This document shows positions 59,340 through 64,000 of a DNA stretch of 64,000 nt, in pieces (within the stretch, counting starts at the first letter, position 1; each line of letters opens with the position of its first letter). The position numbers and the translations under genes are program-made. The stretch lies in the NCBI GenBank assembly GCA_963790205.1, contig CAWBNQ010000014.1:305415-369414 (forward strand), written 5' to 3'. The DNA comes from Nitrospirota bacterium (lineage in GTDB: Bacteria > Nitrospirota > UBA9217). Below the pieces are notes generated by a model. It was given only the letters and a program-made list of their open reading frames with translations, was not told the DNA's origin and did not search any database.

Positions 59340-62300
59340 TTACTTACATTTATTTTTACATCGATTTTGACAATCACTGCAATCAAAAGTTGTAAACTGA
59401 GCTGTCCATGTGAATGTAAAAACATTATTAATGAACCAGTTTTGAGGAGTGACTGGTCCGGTACCATGCTGTTCAACGGCATATGTATTTGCCTTACAGC
59501 ACTTGTGCACGCAAGCATAATTATCTTCATGATAATATAATTGTGGCGTAGTAAAATAAAACCACATTCCTTCCGTTGCAGCAGCCGTAGGATCGACCAA
59601 TTCGGTATAACCCCAAAGTTCGAGTATCTCTACTCTTTGTTCACACCGCCCACAGGTTGCTGGTCCTTTTATAACATTTTGGTAGCCGGGAATAAAGTAT
59701 ATCAAACCACGTGGGTCTATGCCCATTGCAGGATTGTCAGAAACGTAAACATAAAGATGATTACGCCCATTACGAGTACCCAGCGGATCACTCTCAACAT
59801 ATCTTCCGATAACCGGATTATAGTCCCTGAAATAATTATAATTCAATCCCGTCTCTGCATCGAAGTACTGTCCAGGGAATCTCAGATTGTTCGTGATCGT
59901 TGATACCGTGACCGTTGCTTCACCGAACGGTTTATAGTCCGCAGCCCACACAATAGATCCAGAAGAGTCCGTCATCTTCTGGGGAGTGGCGAGATGATCG
60001 TTGTGATAAAAATAGACGCTGCTGCCTTCGATCTTAGCAAGAGGCTGGCTGTTAAGATAGACGTATTCGGCTGTCGTCGCGCCGGTGCTATCAGACTCGG
60101 CGATGATCTGGCCGTCGCGGTTGTAGTGGAAAATCGTCGTAACTCCGTTCACGGTCTTCTTCACTCTCTGACCATTACCGTTGTACGTGTAGCCCGCTGT
60201 CATGGCTCCATCCACAACCTGGATCAGCCGTTGATTCTGATTATACGTGTACTGACGCGCGGCCTGGCTTGTAGTATTGCCGTTGTTGTCATATCCGAAT
60301 GACGTGCCACCTGCTCCGGAGAGTTTGTTCGTGTTTGGCACATAGGAGTAGACATTCGAGCCTTCCGTCTGTCTGTTGCCGACACCATCATAGGTCCAGG
60401 CGAGACTGCCCCATATTCCGGAAGCTGTAGCCGTCGAGAGACGATCAAGAGCATCGTAGGTGAACGCTTTATTCTTAGTCGCGTCGAGCGTGTTGTTGAT
60501 TGCGGTGATATTTCCATTTGCATCATACGTCGGATAGCTGAGATTCATCACAGACCCGACTGTGATCCCGGTAATGCGATATTGATTATCATAGCAAGAT
60601 CGAGCCGGTCAGTCCGTTGCCGTAGGTCAGCGACGACATGCCGCCGAAAGGTTTGTAGTTGATATTCGTGGCGAGGTTCGAGGCGTTGTTTAGCACGCCG
60701 ATCACTTTGTCGTTTGAGTAATTGTAAGTTACAACACGGCCCGATGGATACGTCATCGTTTTCAGATTTCCATTTTGATCGTAGGTGTATTGAGTCACGT
60801 ACTGGATGCTGTCGATGACCTTTGTCTCCTGTGCCACTTGTCCCTTTGGGGTATATCCGTAGGTTGTCGTTCCGCTTGCATCGGTCATGCTGCAAAGACG
60901 CCCTTTCCCATTGGGACAGCTATCATAGCCGTAAACGATGCCGGTATCGGCCGGGAAGTTGATGTTCGCTAACCGGTTCGCTGCATCGTATTGGTACGAG
61001 ATGGCGACGCCCTTGGCATCGGTCTTACTCGTGAGATTTCCTGCGGGGTCGTACTGGTAAGTTGTTGTTCCGGTATCCGGTGAGATGGTTTGGTAGACCC
61101 TACCTTTGTCGTCATACTTGTACGTTGTCGTGTTGTTGTTCGCATCAATCACGCTCGTCAGGTTATTGCCCGAGTTATAGCCATAGGATGTCGTAACGCT
61201 GCCTGGTTGAACCACCGAAGTCAGCCGACTTAAAGCATCATAGCTGTAGGTGCTGATTGCCGATTTCGGGTTTTGGATTGAAAGTCGGTTGCCACGTGAA
61301 TCATAAGCGTACTGTGTGAACGTATTGTCGGGATTTACGATTTTCGCCAGCCGATCAAGCGCGTCGTACTGATAGCTGAGCGTCTTCTGGAGACTGCCCG
61401 CGCTGTCATTGATCTGCTCGGTCAATTTGTTGCCTTCGGAGTCATAGGTATAGTTGATCGTATTGTTCAGGCTGTCCTTGATCGTGCTGAGGTTCCCCAT
61501 GGTGTCGTAAGTATACCAGATCGTGTTCCCTTCGGGAAGTGTGATGTGATCGATCTTGTTCGCCCCGCTGCAGGACGGGCAGCTCCCGCCTCCGGACACA
61601 TAAAAATACTGTGTTGCTGCCGTGTCTCCGGGAGCCTTGACGGTAAGCACCCTCCCGAGGGTGTCGTAGGTATAGGCCGTGCTGTTCCCGTTCGGGTCGG
61701 TGACCGTCTGGGGGTTGCCTAGCGGGTCGAAGCTGGAATACGTCGTTGAACCGATGATCGGCTGGGTCACGGAGGCGAGATAGCCCGTCGTTGAATCATA
61801 GCTATAGGTCGTAACATCCTGTACGTCGGTCCTGGGACCATCGATACTGGCAATTCTTCCGTTAGCATCATAACCATAGGTCGTGGTGTATGAATAAGCC
61901 GTACTGTCTCCCAGAAGCCCGGCTTCGGTTGTGGTCAGAAGATTCCCGGTGCTGTCGTAAGTGTTGGTCGTGACCCTGCTCTGCGCAGGATTGACGACGC
62001 TTGTTACCATTTCGGTCAGGACCTTGCTGAAAACGGGATCGTAGGTCCAGGTGGTCGTCTTTTCAATGCTTGTCCCCTGCGCTTCGGTCTTCGTGAGCAC
62101 GTTACCCTTGCTGTCATAGGTATATGCGGTGGTCGTTGTACCACCCGATACGATGTCCGTATGTCCTTCCTGAAGTATCCAGGTGGTATTGTTGTCCCGC
62201 ACATACGTTGTTATATTGCCGAAGGTGTCGGTGACCTTTACCGGCATGCCGTTGGTGTCGAACTCTACGGTACGGGTCTGGGTGTTCAGAAGATTGCCTG

Positions 62301-63301
62301 AACTGTCTTTGATGGAAGTGGTCATGATGGTCTTTTGGTACGGTATGGTATACGCAAAATTGATGATGCCGGTCCCGTGGGTCTGACTGGCGACCCTCCC
62401 TGTTGAGTCGTAGGCGTTGACGTAGGCTCCGCTTCCTTCGTCGATGCTGGTGAGAAGGTGCTTCCTGGCGGCGTCGGTATATCCATAGGTGGAGCTTCCA
62501 TTTGGTCCTGAAGCTGAGGTAAGGTTGCCGATAGTGTCATGGGTGTAGCTCACCGTCCGGCCGATGCTGTCCTGGATATCCGTGAGCCTGCCGGTCGTGC
62601 TGTCGTATTGGAGCTCAACCCAGTTGCCGGTGAGGTTGCCCCCGGCGTTTTTTTCTTCGATCTTGCTCAGGTGGTAGTCGGAGGAGTCGATGATGGGGTT
62701 CGTTTGATCGATGTTATACGGCAGGACGCCCCAGAGGAACTCCCTTGTCGATAAACTGTAGCTAAAAACCAGGGAGTTGCCCGTGGCATCGGCCATGCTC
62801 ACGACCCTGCCCTGGGGGTCGTACTTTTCCGTCTCGCCGTTTTTGTCGGTGTAAGTGTAAGAGCCGTCGGGGTTCTGGACGAGGGTGCCGGTGTCGCTTG
62901 TTGAACCGGTGTACCCCAAAATGCTCCAGGTAAACCGCTTCTTTCCGCCGCATTCTCTCCTGACCGTGATGGAGCCGTCAGGATAGGTGTACAGGCGCTT
63001 GTCGTAATTTAGTCCCCAGCCGTAACCGAGCGGGCTGTCGTAGGAGGTGCGGCTGTTGTAGCTGCGCGTAACGTTAATGGGGTAAAAGCGCCCGAGGGTG
63101 AGGTCCGTGCTCGGCGCGTAGGTCTCCATGCCCGAAAGCAGGCTTATAGGCTTTCCCCCGAAAGCGGGGTTGTTGCCGCTTTTGCTACCCGCAATGCAGA
63201 AAAGATCGGGCGGGTTGTCTTCATCATACGCGGCGTATGCGGGTACTGCGAACGAAGATAAAGAGTATGACGAACAGTAATTTATATAATTCCCGATGCA
63301 T
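59340..63301 (-). CDS. Rhs/YD-repeat protein with signal peptide and Cys-rich C-terminal domain (two single-base frameshifts, near 63255 and 60592)
   Basis: RSYNS..LGYGW, many YD repeats, YYHNDHLATP-like, LRFPGQY, YNYFRDY, ESDPLG, DPRGL; ORFs 60589-63129 and 59340-60551 join via SI/YDNQYRITGI; leader MHRELYKLLFVILFIF/FAVPAYA after a GGAGG RBS. Confidence 0.85.
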
Positions 63302-63368
63302 GAAGACCTCCGTAAGAACTGAAAAAGCTTAATTGTAAAAGGACATTATTCTCTCAGCCAAAAATCTG

Positions 63369-63806
63369 CTATTTACCTCCACCCCCATTACTGGGGTCGC
63401 AGCAACGATCCGTGACCCCGCAGCAGGGGTCCTTGCTTCCGCAGCAGGGGTCCTTGCTTCCGCAGCAGGGGTCCCACCACCCCGGGCAACTACTGCTTCC
63501 AAAAGAAACAGCACATCCGCAAATTGCGAGGTTACCTTGCCATCGACACGGCCAAAGACTGCCGCTACCATCGCTACTGACCCATTCTTCAATCCACCCA
63601 TTGATCACAGACGGTTGAATCCAATCTTTTGCTTCTTTTTCAGTTGAACAATAAACTACACAGGGGGATTGATAAGAACAAGATGCATAAGTTGTTCCAG
63701 GCATCAGAAAGAAGCAAAACAACAAAAACAGGATCGGCATGTTCTCCTTTCGCACAAGATGCTTCAATACGCAAAAACACAGTATTTTTTTCGTCAACCG
63801 TGTCAT
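63369..63806 (-). CDS. Small secreted Cys-rich protein with DPCC repeats
   Basis: Signal-like MPILFLLFCFFLMPGTTYA; WWDPCCGSKDPCCGSKDPCCGVTDRCCDP (21-bp tandem repeats). Confidence 0.7.
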   Translation of the reverse strand: MTRLTKKILCFCVLKHLVRKENMPILFLLFCFFLMPGTTYASCSYQSPCVVYCSTEKEAKDWIQPSVINGWIEEWVSSDGSGSLWPCRWQGNLAICGCAVSFGSSSCPGWWDPCCGSKDPCCGSKDPCCGVTDRCCDPSNGGGGK

Positions 63807-64000
63807 AAAAACCTCCCCCTTAATAATCCTCGAAAGCCGATCAGCTATTTTTGTTCAGAGATTACTGCAATCAGCAAACGATACATGCTACTCTCTCAAA
63901 AATCTAATATCTTTTTGATTCTTTCCTCTTTAGAGTAAAGTTATCGCATATTATTGGAATTACTTCCCGATACTCACACTCCCCCTCATGGTCGAGCTCG

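Overview
Bacterial window of about 54% GC whose gene repertoire resembles Desulfobacterota/Nitrospirota. It has three parts. (1) 1-30.3 kb: a long minus-strand XrtA/PEP-CTERM-type exopolysaccharide/surface-glycan locus (priming sugar transferase, Wza/Wzc-like export, ATPase, UpxY antiterminator, OM barrel, Ig-repeat lipoprotein, deacetylase, FemAB, Wzm/Wzt, ACP plus a prolyl-carrier-dehydrogenase-like enzyme, GTs, wecB). It has a candidate sigma54/IHF promoter and a collapsed prsT relic, and no exosortase gene is visible. (2) 30.9-42.3 kb: glmS, a sigma54 two-component system, a GAF pseudokinase, a PocR-GAF-GGDEF cyclase and a PAP2 protein. (3) 42.5-64 kb: a decaying genomic island bounded by an integrase relic and a 3'-half tRNA-Glu att site. 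It carries an AraC-linked oxidoreductase cassette, a leading-region-like block (ardC, radC/JAB, DUF6573-like, HU) with two diverged copies of a highly structured non-coding module, four IS elements with visible TIRs/TSDs (IS5, IS4, IS1182, IS66), a RAYT-like Y1 transposase, and an apparently Sec-exported Rhs toxin with a Cys-rich tip, a candidate immunity gene and a DPCC-repeat partner. Family calls come from motif recognition by eye; no searches were run.
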